This document shows, one piece after another, positions 8,558 to 18,903 of a stretch of 44,271 bases of DNA. The DNA is taken from positions 1 through 44,271 of the IMG/VR virus record IMGVR_UViG_3300038393_001218. One strand, 5' to 3'. The notes beneath the pieces are model-generated. The model did not search any database. It was not told the DNA's origin and was given only the letters and a program-made list of their open reading frames with translations. How positions within the stretch are numbered: the first letter of the stretch is position 1; every line of letters starts with the position of its first letter. This DNA comes from a virus (Duplodnaviria > Caudoviricetes). Position numbers and translations under genes: made by a program.

Positions 8558-10801
8558 ATGGCCGGAGCTCTGATCGGCGCACTGAGAGTCAGTCTCAGCG
8601 CCGAGACATCCGCATTCGAAGCGGGAATGAGGCGCTCGCAGCGTCAGGCCGCGCAAACCGCTTCGTCTATCGAGCGTTCGTTCAACAGCATTAAGGGGGC
8701 GCTGAAGGCTGGCATTGCCGGTTTTGTCAGTGGCATCGGCGTTAGGACTTTTATAGAGGCTGGAAAGGCAGCGCTGGAATATGCCGGCCACCTTGGTGAG
8801 CTCGCTGACACGCTGGGCCTGACCAGCAAAGACCTTCAGACTTTCAGTTACGCAGCCGGGCAGGTGGGCGTTTCACAGGAGCAGTTAGAGACTGGCATCC
8901 AGAAGCTGACCACCACCTTGGGGCAACTCAAGCTGGGGGCGGAGGCTCCTCGCAAGGCCTTTGATGCGCTCGGCAAGGGCTTTGCTGATCAAGTCGCAGC
9001 GGCCCCCAATACTGGCGCCGCATTCCGTCTGATTGCGGAGAAGCTGGAAACCGTATCAGACCGCTCAAAGCGCGCTGCGTTTGAAATGGCTGCGATGGGG
9101 AAGTCGGGCGCAAAGCTCGACAACCTTTTGTCAGGGTCTCAGGGACGACTCAACGAGCTGTCTGATGCCGCTGAGAAGTTGGGCATTGTCCTTAGCGACG
9201 AGCAAATCCGTAAAGCGGACGAAACGGCCGACAAGATTGCTGCACTTCAGACCGTTCTCAAGGCTCAGATAGCTGGTGAAGTTGCGGATAATTCCGACGC
9301 TATTCTCGGTCTTGCCAATTCCTTGATGTCTCTGGTCCATGTGCTCGGACAGGCGGCCACGGGATGGAGGGTATTGGTCGCAGAGTTCAAGGCCGGAGCG
9401 GCGGCCCTAGCTAATTTCCAAAACCCGTTCGCCGCGGCTGATCAGGCGGCGGATGCGATCCGGGCTGGCGGCATCGCCTATGGTGTCGGCAGCGTCACAA
9501 TGAAGTTGCCTACTCCCACGATGAAAAGACCGGCATCGTCGGGAACGGGTAGCATTGGTCAGTTCCTTGCAGAAAAGGAGAAAAAAAAGAAACCCAAGGA
9601 AGATCACACAGCCGAGAAACTGGCCCGCGAAGCATACGAGCTTCAGCGCGAAGAACTGGACGCGCAGCATAACATTCTGGACGCTAAGAAAGACCTGGCC
9701 TCTGATTACGTCGAGCAGACCACGCTTAGCGTTCAGATCCTCGATAATGAGCGCGAGCAGTATAAGGCCGATCTTGATTACAAGGTAAAACAATACGCGC
9801 TGAGCAAGGGACAGGACGGGATCACCAAGGCCCAGGAAGCCCACCTTCTAGCCGAATATGACATTGCCGACAGCCTCAAGCGTCAGAAACTCATTCAGGA
9901 TGAGCAGGAACAAGCCCAGCGCGATTCACAGGAGCTAACGCAGCACGATTACGACCGTCGCCGGGACGTGCTGGAGAGTTCCGACGCCATCGCTACCACC
10001 CAAGCCGAACGGCGAAGGATTGAACTGGATCTTCTCGATCTCGCTTATGAGCAGAAGCGCCAAGCTCTTCAGAATACCATTGATACGAGCAAAGACCAGA
10101 AAGCAATCGAGGACGCCCGCCGCGACCTCATCAACCTGAAGGCCACTTACGCCAATGATCGCCAAGGCGTCATGCAACGGACACGCGGGCCGCTGGAAGA
10201 TTATCTAGCCCGCATCCCTCATACTGCTGATCAGGTCAACGAAGCGCTCCAGAACCTTGAGGTTCAGGGATTGGATGGTTTGGCCGACGCACTTTCCCAT
10301 GTCGGGGAAGGTTGGAAGGCTATGCGGGACATAGCCCTCCAGACCATTCAGGACATCGTTTCCGCATTGATCAAAATGCAGATCGAGAAGATGTTCTTTA
10401 ATCTGCTCGGGGCAGCGTCTGGCGGATTGGGCGGCGGATTGGGAAGTTTCGGGGGTCCGATGGCACTCACCGGCTCTTTGGCTGGCGGTGCTTCGGTTTT
10501 GGGTTCGGTTCCGCTATCTGGTGCGTTCGGTGCTCTGCCTGGTTTTGCTGGCGGCGGTTCGTTCAACGTCATGGGTCGCACTGGCGTCGATAAGAACGTA
10601 CTGTCGCTCAACGGTCTGCAAATCGCGAAGGTTAGCTACGGCGAGCGGGTGACTGTCGGCAACGACAACATGCCGCGCGGTGGTGGGGTCACGGTCCATG
10701 CTCCGATCACGATCACATCTCCGGTGTCGAGAGAAACGGCAGGGCAACTTGGCCGCGAGCTCAATGCGCGCATCGCACAGGCGAGAACGAAAGGTTTCTA
10801 G
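8558..10801 (+). CDS. Tape measure protein (747 aa)
   Basis: IGALRVSLSAETSAF N-terminus, Ala-rich helical body, FAGGGSF near the C-terminus. Confidence 0.95.
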   Translation: MAGALIGALRVSLSAETSAFEAGMRRSQRQAAQTASSIERSFNSIKGALKAGIAGFVSGIGVRTFIEAGKAALEYAGHLGELADTLGLTSKDLQTFSYAAGQVGVSQEQLETGIQKLTTTLGQLKLGAEAPRKAFDALGKGFADQVAAAPNTGAAFRLIAEKLETVSDRSKRAAFEMAAMGKSGAKLDNLLSGSQGRLNELSDAAEKLGIVLSDEQIRKADETADKIAALQTVLKAQIAGEVADNSDAILGLANSLMSLVHVLGQAATGWRVLVAEFKAGAAALANFQNPFAAADQAADAIRAGGIAYGVGSVTMKLPTPTMKRPASSGTGSIGQFLAEKEKKKKPKEDHTAEKLAREAYELQREELDAQHNILDAKKDLASDYVEQTTLSVQILDNEREQYKADLDYKVKQYALSKGQDGITKAQEAHLLAEYDIADSLKRQKLIQDEQEQAQRDSQELTQHDYDRRRDVLESSDAIATTQAERRRIELDLLDLAYEQKRQALQNTIDTSKDQKAIEDARRDLINLKATYANDRQGVMQRTRGPLEDYLARIPHTADQVNEALQNLEVQGLDGLADALSHVGEGWKAMRDIALQTIQDIVSALIKMQIEKMFFNLLGAASGGLGGGLGSFGGPMALTGSLAGGASVLGSVPLSGAFGALPGFAGGGSFNVMGRTGVDKNVLSLNGLQIAKVSYGERVTVGNDNMPRGGGVTVHAPITITSPVSRETAGQLGRELNARIAQARTKGF

Positions 10802-11215
10802 ATGACGGACCTCGTAATAACGGCCGCCAGTGTGATCGCCGGTTCGGGCGCGAGAAAGGTTCTCGGTACGGCTGGCGCAACAATCACCGCTGGCAAGGTG
10901 GTTTATCTCGACACCTCAGACAGCAAATACAAACTGGCCGATAACAACAGCTCAACCGCCGCTATTCGCTCTCCGGCTGGTATTGCGCTCAACGGCGCTT
11001 CGAACGGTCAACCCTTGGTCGTTCACGAGGAAGGATTGCTCACCATCGGCGCGACATTGGAGCCCGGAGCCGTTTACTTCCTCTCAGATACACCGGGAGG
11101 GATTTGCCCTGTCGCTGATCTGGCATCCGGGGAATATCCGACGATCCTTGGTATAGCCACCTCGACCACAGTTCTCGATATCGACATTCTGGAAGCCGGG
11201 GTTGCGGTTTCCTAA
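10802..11215 (+). CDS. Small beta-rich virion protein (decoration/cement-like)
   Basis: AGATITAGKVVY...LAD...GIALNGA...YFLSDTPGGI. Confidence 0.55.
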   Translation: MTDLVITAASVIAGSGARKVLGTAGATITAGKVVYLDTSDSKYKLADNNSSTAAIRSPAGIALNGASNGQPLVVHEEGLLTIGATLEPGAVYFLSDTPGGICPVADLASGEYPTILGIATSTTVLDIDILEAGVAVS

Positions 11216-11586
11216 TGCCGATCGCTACCCGGCTCACCGAGAATATCGAAATCGGTGCGATCCGCATTCACGGCCAGGATTCACTTGAGGTAGTCACTAC
11301 CGATGGCGGCAAGGAAGTCCGCAACCTCCGCGCTGAGGATGAGCCGCGACGTTACCAAGTAGCTCTGCCAACGGTCGATATCGAAGGCGGTGACACCACC
11401 GATTACGATTCCGTGCGGCAGACCTGGGCCGACAGTGGGCGCGGACTGGACCCGTTCTGGTTTCACGATTTCGTTGATGATGAGGATGTTCTGGTTCGCT
11501 TTGAAAGCGAGCTGCAAATCACCGCACCTGCTGGTCATCTAAGACACATCGACACGTTCACGCTAAAGGAGTGCCTAGGTGAGTAA
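11215..11586 (+). CDS. Distal tail protein (short DUF2460-like)
   Basis: GGKEVRN, GRGLDPFWFHD, VLVRFE; synteny with the GTA-type baseplate. Confidence 0.7.
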   Translation: MPIATRLTENIEIGAIRIHGQDSLEVVTTDGGKEVRNLRAEDEPRRYQVALPTVDIEGGDTTDYDSVRQTWADSGRGLDPFWFHDFVDDEDVLVRFESELQITAPAGHLRHIDTFTLKECLGE

Positions 11587-12442
11587 GACGCTGAGCGCCG
11601 GGCTTACAGGACATATCGCCACCCGCTCTCACCGCCGCTGCGATATGTTTCTTGCAGAACTATCCGATGGAACGAGCGTCGGTATTACAGGCAACAGCAG
11701 GAATATCGATTTCGACCTTGGCGACGGCTTAGTGGCGTATGATGCTGGAACTGGCATTCTCATGTCTAACTTGGCGGCGTCCTGCGGTTTGGAAGCGGAT
11801 AATTATGAGGTTCGTGGACCGATAACCGATACCGCACCGTTCAGGCTGGAAGACTTCCTTGGCGGTCGTTGGAATTATGCTCGCACCTATCGCTTCCAAG
11901 TAAACTACAAAAGCCTTTCAGATGGTGCGATCAAGCAGCTCGCTGGTAACGTGACAGAAGCGCGGATTGAGGGCGGCAAGTTCATCCTTGAAGTTCGCTC
12001 TGATGTGGACCGCTACAACCAGACGGTTGGCAGGGTCATCACCGATCAATGCGATGCCGATTTTGCCGATCAGATACAATGCTTCGCTACGACCACAACG
12101 GTTGTCGGGACGGTCACTGCCGTAACCGATGCAATGCGGTTCACCGTGTCGTTTACCGGTTCCTACGCGAATGACTTCTTCAACAAGGGGACAGTTGAGT
12201 TCCTGACTGGAGTTCTGGCCGGAACAGACAAGATCGAGATCGAGGACTGGACCTCTGCCGGAGCAATTACATTGTTCGCTCCAGCCGTCGAGTCTCCGGC
12301 GATTGGTGACACGATGACGGTTCGTGATGGCTGCGGAAAGTCGCGGGCTGATTGCATCGCGCACAACGCGATTGAGTGGTTCCGTGGCTATCCCGAGGTG
12401 CCCGGCAGGCGGGCGCTGATGCCGGCCATTCCGGGGCAATGA
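11579..12442 (+). CDS. Baseplate hub protein (DUF2163/BR0599-like)
   Basis: CDADFADQIQC, GCGKSRADC, FRGYPEVPG. Confidence 0.9.
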   Translation: MSKTLSAGLTGHIATRSHRRCDMFLAELSDGTSVGITGNSRNIDFDLGDGLVAYDAGTGILMSNLAASCGLEADNYEVRGPITDTAPFRLEDFLGGRWNYARTYRFQVNYKSLSDGAIKQLAGNVTEARIEGGKFILEVRSDVDRYNQTVGRVITDQCDADFADQIQCFATTTTVVGTVTAVTDAMRFTVSFTGSYANDFFNKGTVEFLTGVLAGTDKIEIEDWTSAGAITLFAPAVESPAIGDTMTVRDGCGKSRADCIAHNAIEWFRGYPEVPGRRALMPAIPGQ

Positions 12443-12867
12443 CGCGGGGCGAGCAGATAGCTGCGGCGCTTCCGTCATGGGACAGGACGCCGTTCGAGGA
12501 TCATCAGCGCTGCAAAGGCGTGGGAGCGGACTGCAAGGGCTTCTTCTGGGGCGTCACTGATGAACTTGGATTTCCCGAGGCTCAATCGGAATACGCTAGG
12601 GACGTTAGCTACAACCTCCGCAAGCGTGACGGCATTCCTTCCAAGCGATTGAAGGAAGGCATGGCCGCTTTGTTCGATCCTGTTTCGGGAGAGTGGAAGC
12701 CTGGCGATGTATTGCTTTGCCAGGTTGGCGGTCATCCTGCTCACATCGCGCTCTGGGATGGGGAGAGAGCGTGGAGCTCGCTTCCCGGAAGCGGCGTCAG
12801 GTCAAGAACTCTTCGCAGCCTGTTTCATAAATTCCCGCTCGATAGCGTGTGGCGCTGGAGGGATTAA
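12439..12867 (+). CDS. NlpC/P60 tail-tip peptidase
   Basis: TPF..Q..KGVGADCKG; PGDVLL; HIAL. Confidence 0.85.
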   Translation: MTRGEQIAAALPSWDRTPFEDHQRCKGVGADCKGFFWGVTDELGFPEAQSEYARDVSYNLRKRDGIPSKRLKEGMAALFDPVSGEWKPGDVLLCQVGGHPAHIALWDGERAWSSLPGSGVRSRTLRSLFHKFPLDSVWRWRD

Positions 12868-15800
12868 ATGCCGATCCCTAAGATAGTCGTCACCGTCGCG
12901 TTGATGGCGGCGCAAACTGCGCTTCAGATGACGCAGAAGGTTCGCGGCCCGCGTCTTGATGACCTTAAAACAACTACGGCGGAATACGGCACTCCGATTC
13001 CGAGGTTCTGGGGCAAGCGCAAGTTCAACTGTCCGGTCATCTGGGCCGCCGATCTCATTGAAACCCGACACACCTCAAAAGGAAAGGCAGGCAAGAACAC
13101 TCAGTATAAGTATTTCGCCGACTTCGCGATCCTGATTTGCGACCACGAAATCGACGCCGTTACGCGGATCTGGATGGACGAAAAGCTCGTCTATCAAACG
13201 ACCGATGTTGGACCGACTTCGGTCGGGGCAGCAGCTGGTTTGACGGTCGGCGGCAACATGCGGGTGTATCTGGGGACCGAAACTCAGGACGCCGATCCGT
13301 TGATGGAGGCATGGTGCGACGACAAGTACGGCGCCAATTCCTGCCCAGCCTATCGCGGTTCTTCATACATCGTTTTCGAGCGTTTGCCGGTCAACAATTT
13401 CGGTAACCGCATTCCCAACATCACGGTTGAGGCGGTAAGTTCCAAAGCCCCAGCATATCCGCATGAGCAATTGACGGGCGGCGTTACGCTTAGCGGCGCA
13501 TGCTACGGGCGCAAGTCCGATGGAGCCATTGATTTCACTCGGCTGTATTTGGCGGGCGGCTCGCATTTCCAGATCTGGGATGTTCCGTCTCGCACCCTTC
13601 TGGTTGATATTTCAACTAGCGTTGGAACTAGTCATCTAGGCACGAATAGCGACGGCTCGTTCTACGGGCAGAACTCCAGCAAGACGGCGCTGATCAGTGA
13701 AGGCGGCGCTGCCGTTATTGTAGGCGGCAGCATGTCCTCCGGTGCCTGGGTAACGAACGCCGGCACCTTTGGAATAACTGGGGCCACCTCAGGAAGCATC
13801 GTTGCGCCAGACGGCGGGACGGGATCGATCATTACGACCACAGGCTTCCATCCGGCCTGGTATTTCGACGATCTCGATGGGACCAGTTGGGCAATCGGTG
13901 GGCAAAGGACAGGCTCCAGCTACACCACAGGTTTCGGGTTTTATAACCTGATGACGGCCACTGAATATCTTATTTCGGCCGCAACCAGCGGGGCAGCTTA
14001 CGCCTTCGACAATGGGGCGGACCAGTTTTTCGTATGGCAGGATGACACGATCTATCTGGTTGATAAGGCGACCATGACAATTGTGGACGGTCCTGTCTCG
14101 ACCAACTCATATAACGGAAGCAACCAGGCGCCGTTCGTTGGAGTGGATCAGGGCGCCAAAACCATATGGATCGGCTTCACCCAATATTCGACGCAGGATT
14201 TGAGCGAACTGGAGACATTCAGCTCAAGTTCGTGGGCAACCGGGACCAGCGACGATTCCCCGATTTATGATCCGATCAACGATGCGATCTGGACGAAGGG
14301 GACATTGGATAGCGGCATCACCATCCGTTATCTCAACCGCGTCAGCCCGCTCGGCGTCACGCTGCAAACCATTGTCGATTCTGTTTCCGATTGGGTTGAC
14401 CTGACCGAGAAAGACACTTCGGCGCTAACTCAGCCAATTCTCGGCTACTCAGTAACCCAAGGCACCGGCAAAGATATGATTGGTCCGCTGCTCGACATCC
14501 ACGATGTTGACGCACGGCCGCATGACTTTGAGGTTCAGTTCCTCAATAGGGGATCGGCACCTTCCGGAACATTGCTGACCGAAGACTTCGTTCGCGCTGA
14601 CAATCGCTATACTGTAACGATTAAGCAAGACACGGACCTGCCGCGCAAGCTAACGTTCAATTTCGCTGATAACGACCATGAGCAACAGCCCAATAACGCG
14701 ATTGCTCAGAGGCCATTTGATGCGGTGGATTCGACCCGCGAGGAAACGGTTGACCTCTCGACCTATGCCGACACCGCAGATGGAGCTCAGCAGAAGGCCG
14801 ACAGGTATTTAAGGCGCATCTGGAACAGCCGAGAGGGGATCAAGAACAGCCTTACTCCCCAAGTCCTAGCCATAGAGCCCGGAGACGTGAAGACGCTTTC
14901 ACTAGACGGGGTTCTGAGGAACGCCCGGCTCGACAAGCTGACTTACACTCAGACGGGCATAGAGTGCGAGTGGATCAGGGATGAGGTTTCCGTTGCTGCC
15001 GTCAACACCGCCACGACCGGCGCGGCGATGGACAACAGCGATCCACAGACGATCACTATTCCATCTCCGGTAAAGGGCTTCATTCTCGACGCTCCGCTGA
15101 TTCAGGACGCGGACAACGATGTGAACCCGGTTCTCTATGAGGCGGCCGGTTCCTACAATACGGGGACCGATACGGGGGCCACAGTCAACCGAGGGGATGA
15201 CGGGACTTATGACGAGCTGTTCGGCTCGATCGACGCGACCAACCTTGCAACCTGGGGATACGCGACTTCAGCATTAGCGACTGCCAATCCCAATCTGTGG
15301 GACAGAGGCAATAGCGTTGATGTTCAAATCTTCGGAACGCTGACTTCGGCGACCGAAGCTGAGATTGATGCTGATCCGACGCTGAATCTTATGGCGATCG
15401 GTGTAGATGGCCGCTGGGAATACGTTCAGCCAGCAACAGCCACGCTTACGGGTACATCAGGCACAGCCAATCTTTACACGCTCTCCGTTTTCAAACGAGG
15501 CCGAAGGGGAACCGAGGGTAATGTTGGAAACCATGAGGTCGGAGACCAGATCCTTCTGCTAAACAAGGCCATTCCGGTTGAAGTCGGGACTGACGACATC
15601 GGTGATTCCATGTCGTTCAAGATCCAGTCGATTGGCAGGGACGTGGATGCGGCTGGAGCGATTGACCTTACTTACGATGGCAATACGCTGAAGCCTTACG
15701 CGCCGGCCAGTATCAAATGGATCTATGACGGCACTGACCTCCAGGGCACGATCATAAGACGGACGCGGGTTGGCGGTGCTTGGGTTGGCGGTTCGACCAT

Positions 15801-16008
15801 TCCACTAAGCGAAAACTCGGAAGCCTATGAGGTGGACGTTTACAATGGAGCCACCTTCAAGCGCACTATCTCAGTCAGCGGAACTAATGTCTTCAGTTAC
15901 ACGGCAGCAATGGCTGCCGCAGACGGGATTACGCTTCCAACGCCACCGACGATCAACGCCTACCAGATCAGCGACACGGTTGGTCGCGGCTTCGCCCTAG
16001 CAGCTTAA
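12868..16008 (+). CDS. GTA-type central tail / host-specificity protein (megatron-like)
   Basis: YGTPIPRFWG, PAYRGSSYIVFERLPVNNFGNRIPN, RGRRGT, RRTRVGG, E.YEVDV. Confidence 0.9.
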   Translation: MPIPKIVVTVALMAAQTALQMTQKVRGPRLDDLKTTTAEYGTPIPRFWGKRKFNCPVIWAADLIETRHTSKGKAGKNTQYKYFADFAILICDHEIDAVTRIWMDEKLVYQTTDVGPTSVGAAAGLTVGGNMRVYLGTETQDADPLMEAWCDDKYGANSCPAYRGSSYIVFERLPVNNFGNRIPNITVEAVSSKAPAYPHEQLTGGVTLSGACYGRKSDGAIDFTRLYLAGGSHFQIWDVPSRTLLVDISTSVGTSHLGTNSDGSFYGQNSSKTALISEGGAAVIVGGSMSSGAWVTNAGTFGITGATSGSIVAPDGGTGSIITTTGFHPAWYFDDLDGTSWAIGGQRTGSSYTTGFGFYNLMTATEYLISAATSGAAYAFDNGADQFFVWQDDTIYLVDKATMTIVDGPVSTNSYNGSNQAPFVGVDQGAKTIWIGFTQYSTQDLSELETFSSSSWATGTSDDSPIYDPINDAIWTKGTLDSGITIRYLNRVSPLGVTLQTIVDSVSDWVDLTEKDTSALTQPILGYSVTQGTGKDMIGPLLDIHDVDARPHDFEVQFLNRGSAPSGTLLTEDFVRADNRYTVTIKQDTDLPRKLTFNFADNDHEQQPNNAIAQRPFDAVDSTREETVDLSTYADTADGAQQKADRYLRRIWNSREGIKNSLTPQVLAIEPGDVKTLSLDGVLRNARLDKLTYTQTGIECEWIRDEVSVAAVNTATTGAAMDNSDPQTITIPSPVKGFILDAPLIQDADNDVNPVLYEAAGSYNTGTDTGATVNRGDDGTYDELFGSIDATNLATWGYATSALATANPNLWDRGNSVDVQIFGTLTSATEAEIDADPTLNLMAIGVDGRWEYVQPATATLTGTSGTANLYTLSVFKRGRRGTEGNVGNHEVGDQILLLNKAIPVEVGTDDIGDSMSFKIQSIGRDVDAAGAIDLTYDGNTLKPYAPASIKWIYDGTDLQGTIIRRTRVGGAWVGGSTIPLSENSEAYEVDVYNGATFKRTISVSGTNVFSYTAAMAAADGITLPTPPTINAYQISDTVGRGFALAA

Positions 16009-16016
16009 GGACACCC

Positions 16017-17438
16017 ATGACCACATCACCGAGGCTCGGTTATACCGAGCTGACGGCTGGCCAAGCCGTGCCCGAAACTACGGTCAATGAAATCGACCGT
16101 TATCTGGAGGCGTTTGCCAACGGTTGCCATTTCAAGAGCCGCGCCAGCAATCCAGCCGAGCCAGGCTCACCAGCAGACGGTGACTGCTATCTACTGACCG
16201 GAACTCCCACTGGAACGCACTGGGCAGGCCACGGCGGGAAGATCGCACTCTACATCAACACGGCATGGGTTTTCATCACCGCAAAGGAAGGCTTCATTGC
16301 CTGGGTTGACGATGAAGATGTGGTGATCGCCTATAACGGAGCAACTTGGGCTTCGCTGGGATCGGCGGCGGGGGCATTGCTCGCCGCCAATAATCTCTCC
16401 GATGTTGTTAGCGCAGCGACCTCAGCAACCAATTTGGGCCTTGGAACAGCCAATTCTCCACAGTTCGCGGGTGTCAATGTAGGTCATGCGTCCGATACCA
16501 CTATCACTCGCGCGGCGGCTGGCGATATCGCCGTTGAGGGCAACACGGTTTACAGAGCTGGCGGGACTGACGTTGCGGTAGCGGACGGAGGAACCGGCGC
16601 CTCCACAGCCGCTGCGGCGGCGACCAACTTAGGGCTCGGCACTGGCGACTCACCCCAATTCACGGCAATCAATATCGGCCATGCTAGTGATACGACCGTA
16701 ACAAGGACTGGCGCTGGCGACATAGCTGTCGAAGGCAATGCAATATACCGTGCCGGAGGAACCGATGTTCCTGTAACTGACGGAGGCACTGGATCTAGCA
16801 CTGCCTCTGGAGCGCGCACGAACCTCGGCGCAACTACGGTTGGCGGGAATCTCTTCACGCTCACTAATCCGAGCGCAATCACCTTCCTCCGCGTCAACGC
16901 CGACAATACGGTCGATGCTTTAAGCGCATCCTCATTCCGCACCGCCATAGGAGCGGGAACGGGCGGCGGCGATCTTTCTGGTCCCGCGTCTTCAGTCGAT
17001 AACCATGTCGCCATCTTCGACAGCACTACGGGCAAGCTGCTGAAAGATGGCGGTGTCGGGATATTGGCTAATGGCTGCACGATTACGCCGCAGGCAACTC
17101 CCGCGACCAATGAGGTTGGTTATCTCGGCTGTCCGCAGAACACGCAGAACGGCACCTATACTACCGTCATGTCGGATGCTGGAAAGCACATCTACCACAC
17201 ATCCGGCTCGACCCACACTTGGACAATCGACAGCAATGCCAACGTCGCCTACCCAATTGGGACGATCCTCACTTTCATCAACGAAAATGGTGGCGGCAAC
17301 GTCACCCTCGCTATTACCTCTGACACGCTGCGCTGGGGCTCTTCGACTGGATCGAGGACACTAGCGGCCAACGGAACGGCGACAGCAATTAAGGTTGCTT
17401 CCACCACTTGGCGCCTGACTGGGGACGGCATCACTTGA
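16017..17438 (+). CDS. Tail fibre with N-terminal DUF2793-like domain
   Basis: SPRLG..L.AGQA..E.TVNE; PADGDCYLL..PTG.WAG; GGTG repeats. Confidence 0.85.
   Translation: MTTSPRLGYTELTAGQAVPETTVNEIDRYLEAFANGCHFKSRASNPAEPGSPADGDCYLLTGTPTGTHWAGHGGKIALYINTAWVFITAKEGFIAWVDDEDVVIAYNGATWASLGSAAGALLAANNLSDVVSAATSATNLGLGTANSPQFAGVNVGHASDTTITRAAAGDIAVEGNTVYRAGGTDVAVADGGTGASTAAAAATNLGLGTGDSPQFTAINIGHASDTTVTRTGAGDIAVEGNAIYRAGGTDVPVTDGGTGSSTASGARTNLGATTVGGNLFTLTNPSAITFLRVNADNTVDALSASSFRTAIGAGTGGGDLSGPASSVDNHVAIFDSTTGKLLKDGGVGILANGCTITPQATPATNEVGYLGCPQNTQNGTYTTVMSDAGKHIYHTSGSTHTWTIDSNANVAYPIGTILTFINENGGGNVTLAITSDTLRWGSSTGSRTLAANGTATAIKVASTTWRLTGDGIT
16425..16829 (+). repeat. Tandem 195-bp (65-aa) repeat in the tail fibre: two copies plus the start of a third
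   Basis: xTNLG units begin at 16425, 16620 and 16815. Confidence 0.9.
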
Positions 17439-18460
17439 GCGGCGCTCTTACTCGGATGCTTGGTCGGCAGGCGAGCTCTGCATTCAGCTCTTCCACGATC
17501 ACAGTGCCATCTGGCAAAACCGCTTCAGACCTGACCAATTATCCCGTCTATCTTAGACTATCCGACATGCCATCCGGTTTCTGGTCCGCAGTTGCATCTG
17601 ACGGCGGAAACATAAGAATCAAACAATCCGGATCAGTCATTCCCTTCGAAGTGGTGACGATAGATACCACGGGGCACACAGGAACAATCTTCTTCAAGGC
17701 ATCTACACTAGCCACTGCGGCGGACAACGTATTCACGCTCGATCTTACTGGCGGCGCACTTCTGGCCGTCAATGACGCTAATGGCCGCAACAATGTCTGG
17801 TCAGCGTTCGACTGGGTATGGATGGCCAATGGTACAGGTGACCTTACCGACCGAACCGGAGGGGCGGACGGAAGCCGCACCAACACCTTCAGCGCGGCCA
17901 CGTCGATGGGTCTCAATCCGCAAGGGACGGGTGTTCAGTGCAGCGGCTCGACTACCAGGCTGGACTTTGGAAGCAGAACGTCGAGAACGGTGTTCACTCT
18001 TGGCGGCTCGGTCAGGCTCGATGTTTCATCGGTCAGCACGAGCCGCACATGGCTCATGTATTGCACCAGCACATCTGTTCGCGTGGGCATGTCAGCCCGC
18101 GACACAACCACCGATAACTGGTCGGCATGGGACAACTCGAACAGCTGGCTTGGAACGACTGGGCCCAGTCTCTCTTCGACGGTCAGCACCGCTTCGCGCT
18201 TCCATCTTGTCTATAACGGATCGACCAACCGGAAATATTATTCGAACGGTGCTATTCATCAGACCAGCGGGGCGATCACGGCAAGGCCAAACACTGATGT
18301 AACCTACGTTGTTGGGGCGGCGAATACGAGCAGCGCGGAAGGCTATCTCAATGGATATCTATCATATCTCTATAGCCGTCCAGAAGCGCTGAGCGCCGAC
18401 TACATCGCGGCGGAATATTCCAATATCAACGCTCCGGCGAGCTTCTACACGATCACTTAA
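17435..18460 (+). CDS. DUF2341-like / LamG-type (lectin fold) receptor-binding protein
   Basis: DLTNYPVYL, DGGNIRI, NVWS, ALSADYIAAEYSN; TTG start overlapping the fibre stop codon. Confidence 0.65.
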   Translation: MSGALTRMLGRQASSAFSSSTITVPSGKTASDLTNYPVYLRLSDMPSGFWSAVASDGGNIRIKQSGSVIPFEVVTIDTTGHTGTIFFKASTLATAADNVFTLDLTGGALLAVNDANGRNNVWSAFDWVWMANGTGDLTDRTGGADGSRTNTFSAATSMGLNPQGTGVQCSGSTTRLDFGSRTSRTVFTLGGSVRLDVSSVSTSRTWLMYCTSTSVRVGMSARDTTTDNWSAWDNSNSWLGTTGPSLSSTVSTASRFHLVYNGSTNRKYYSNGAIHQTSGAITARPNTDVTYVVGAANTSSAEGYLNGYLSYLYSRPEALSADYIAAEYSNINAPASFYTIT

Positions 18461-18587
18461 GCCCGAGAATACGCAATACGTCTCCGACATGCCTGAAGCC
18501 ATCCAACGCGGCGATGCAAAACAGGCACCACGCAACAAACACGATTAGCGCGATAAATTCCTTCGGCGTGGTGGTCCATTTGTTCAT
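18453..18587 (-). CDS. Small single-TM protein, 44 aa (moron)
   Basis: FIALIVFVAWCLFCIAAL; ATGA-coupled to the upstream gene. Confidence 0.55.
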   Translation of the reverse strand: MNKWTTTPKEFIALIVFVAWCLFCIAALDGFRHVGDVLRILGLK

Positions 18588-18721
18588 TCGATCACCTTGC
18601 TTCCGAAGATCAGGCTGAGAGCTCCTCCGAGTACGGCGAGCATAAATACGACCGCAATCGGAACGCCCAACCACTTCTCGGACGGCCAATCGGCAAGTGT
18701 CGGGAATAGACGCTTGAGCAT
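18584..18721 (-). CDS. Small single-TM protein, 45 aa (moron)
   Basis: GGGAG RBS; LGVPIAVVFMLAVLGGALSLIF. Confidence 0.6.
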   Translation of the reverse strand: MLKRLFPTLADWPSEKWLGVPIAVVFMLAVLGGALSLIFGSKVIE

Positions 18722-18739
18722 GAGCTTCTCCCAACTCCG

Positions 18740-18768
18740 AACATAACGCAAATTAAACAAGAGGCCAA
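18740..18768 (-). promoter_or_regulatory. Putative sigma70 promoter for the moron pair
   Basis: TTGGCC-N17-TATGTT in an AT-rich intergenic stretch. Confidence 0.45.
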
Positions 18769-18786
18769 CCAGAAGGAGGCAGTCCG

Positions 18787-18903
18787 ATGGACAACGATAA
18801 GCCGCACCCAGAACATCCAGACACACCAAGTCCGAAAGATCCGCCCATCACGCCAGATGGTGGAGGCTCTGGAGATCCACCACCGCCCCCGCCCAAGCAG
18901 TGA
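18787..18903 (+). CDS. Proline-rich 38-aa peptide (not in ORF track)
   Basis: AAGGAGG RBS; MDNDKPHPEHPDTPSPKDPPITPDGGGSGDPPPPPPKQ; GTGA overlap with the next gene. Confidence 0.7.
   Translation: MDNDKPHPEHPDTPSPKDPPITPDGGGSGDPPPPPPKQ

Noticed and set aside
9571-9592. A-rich tract in the tape measure gene as a phase-variation or slippage site
   Set aside because: Explained by the in-frame EKEKKKK sequence; no evidence for an alternative product.
16425-16829. DGR template/variable repeat pair
   Set aside because: The repeats are in-frame tandem copies with differences at all bases, and there is no reverse transcriptase in the window.
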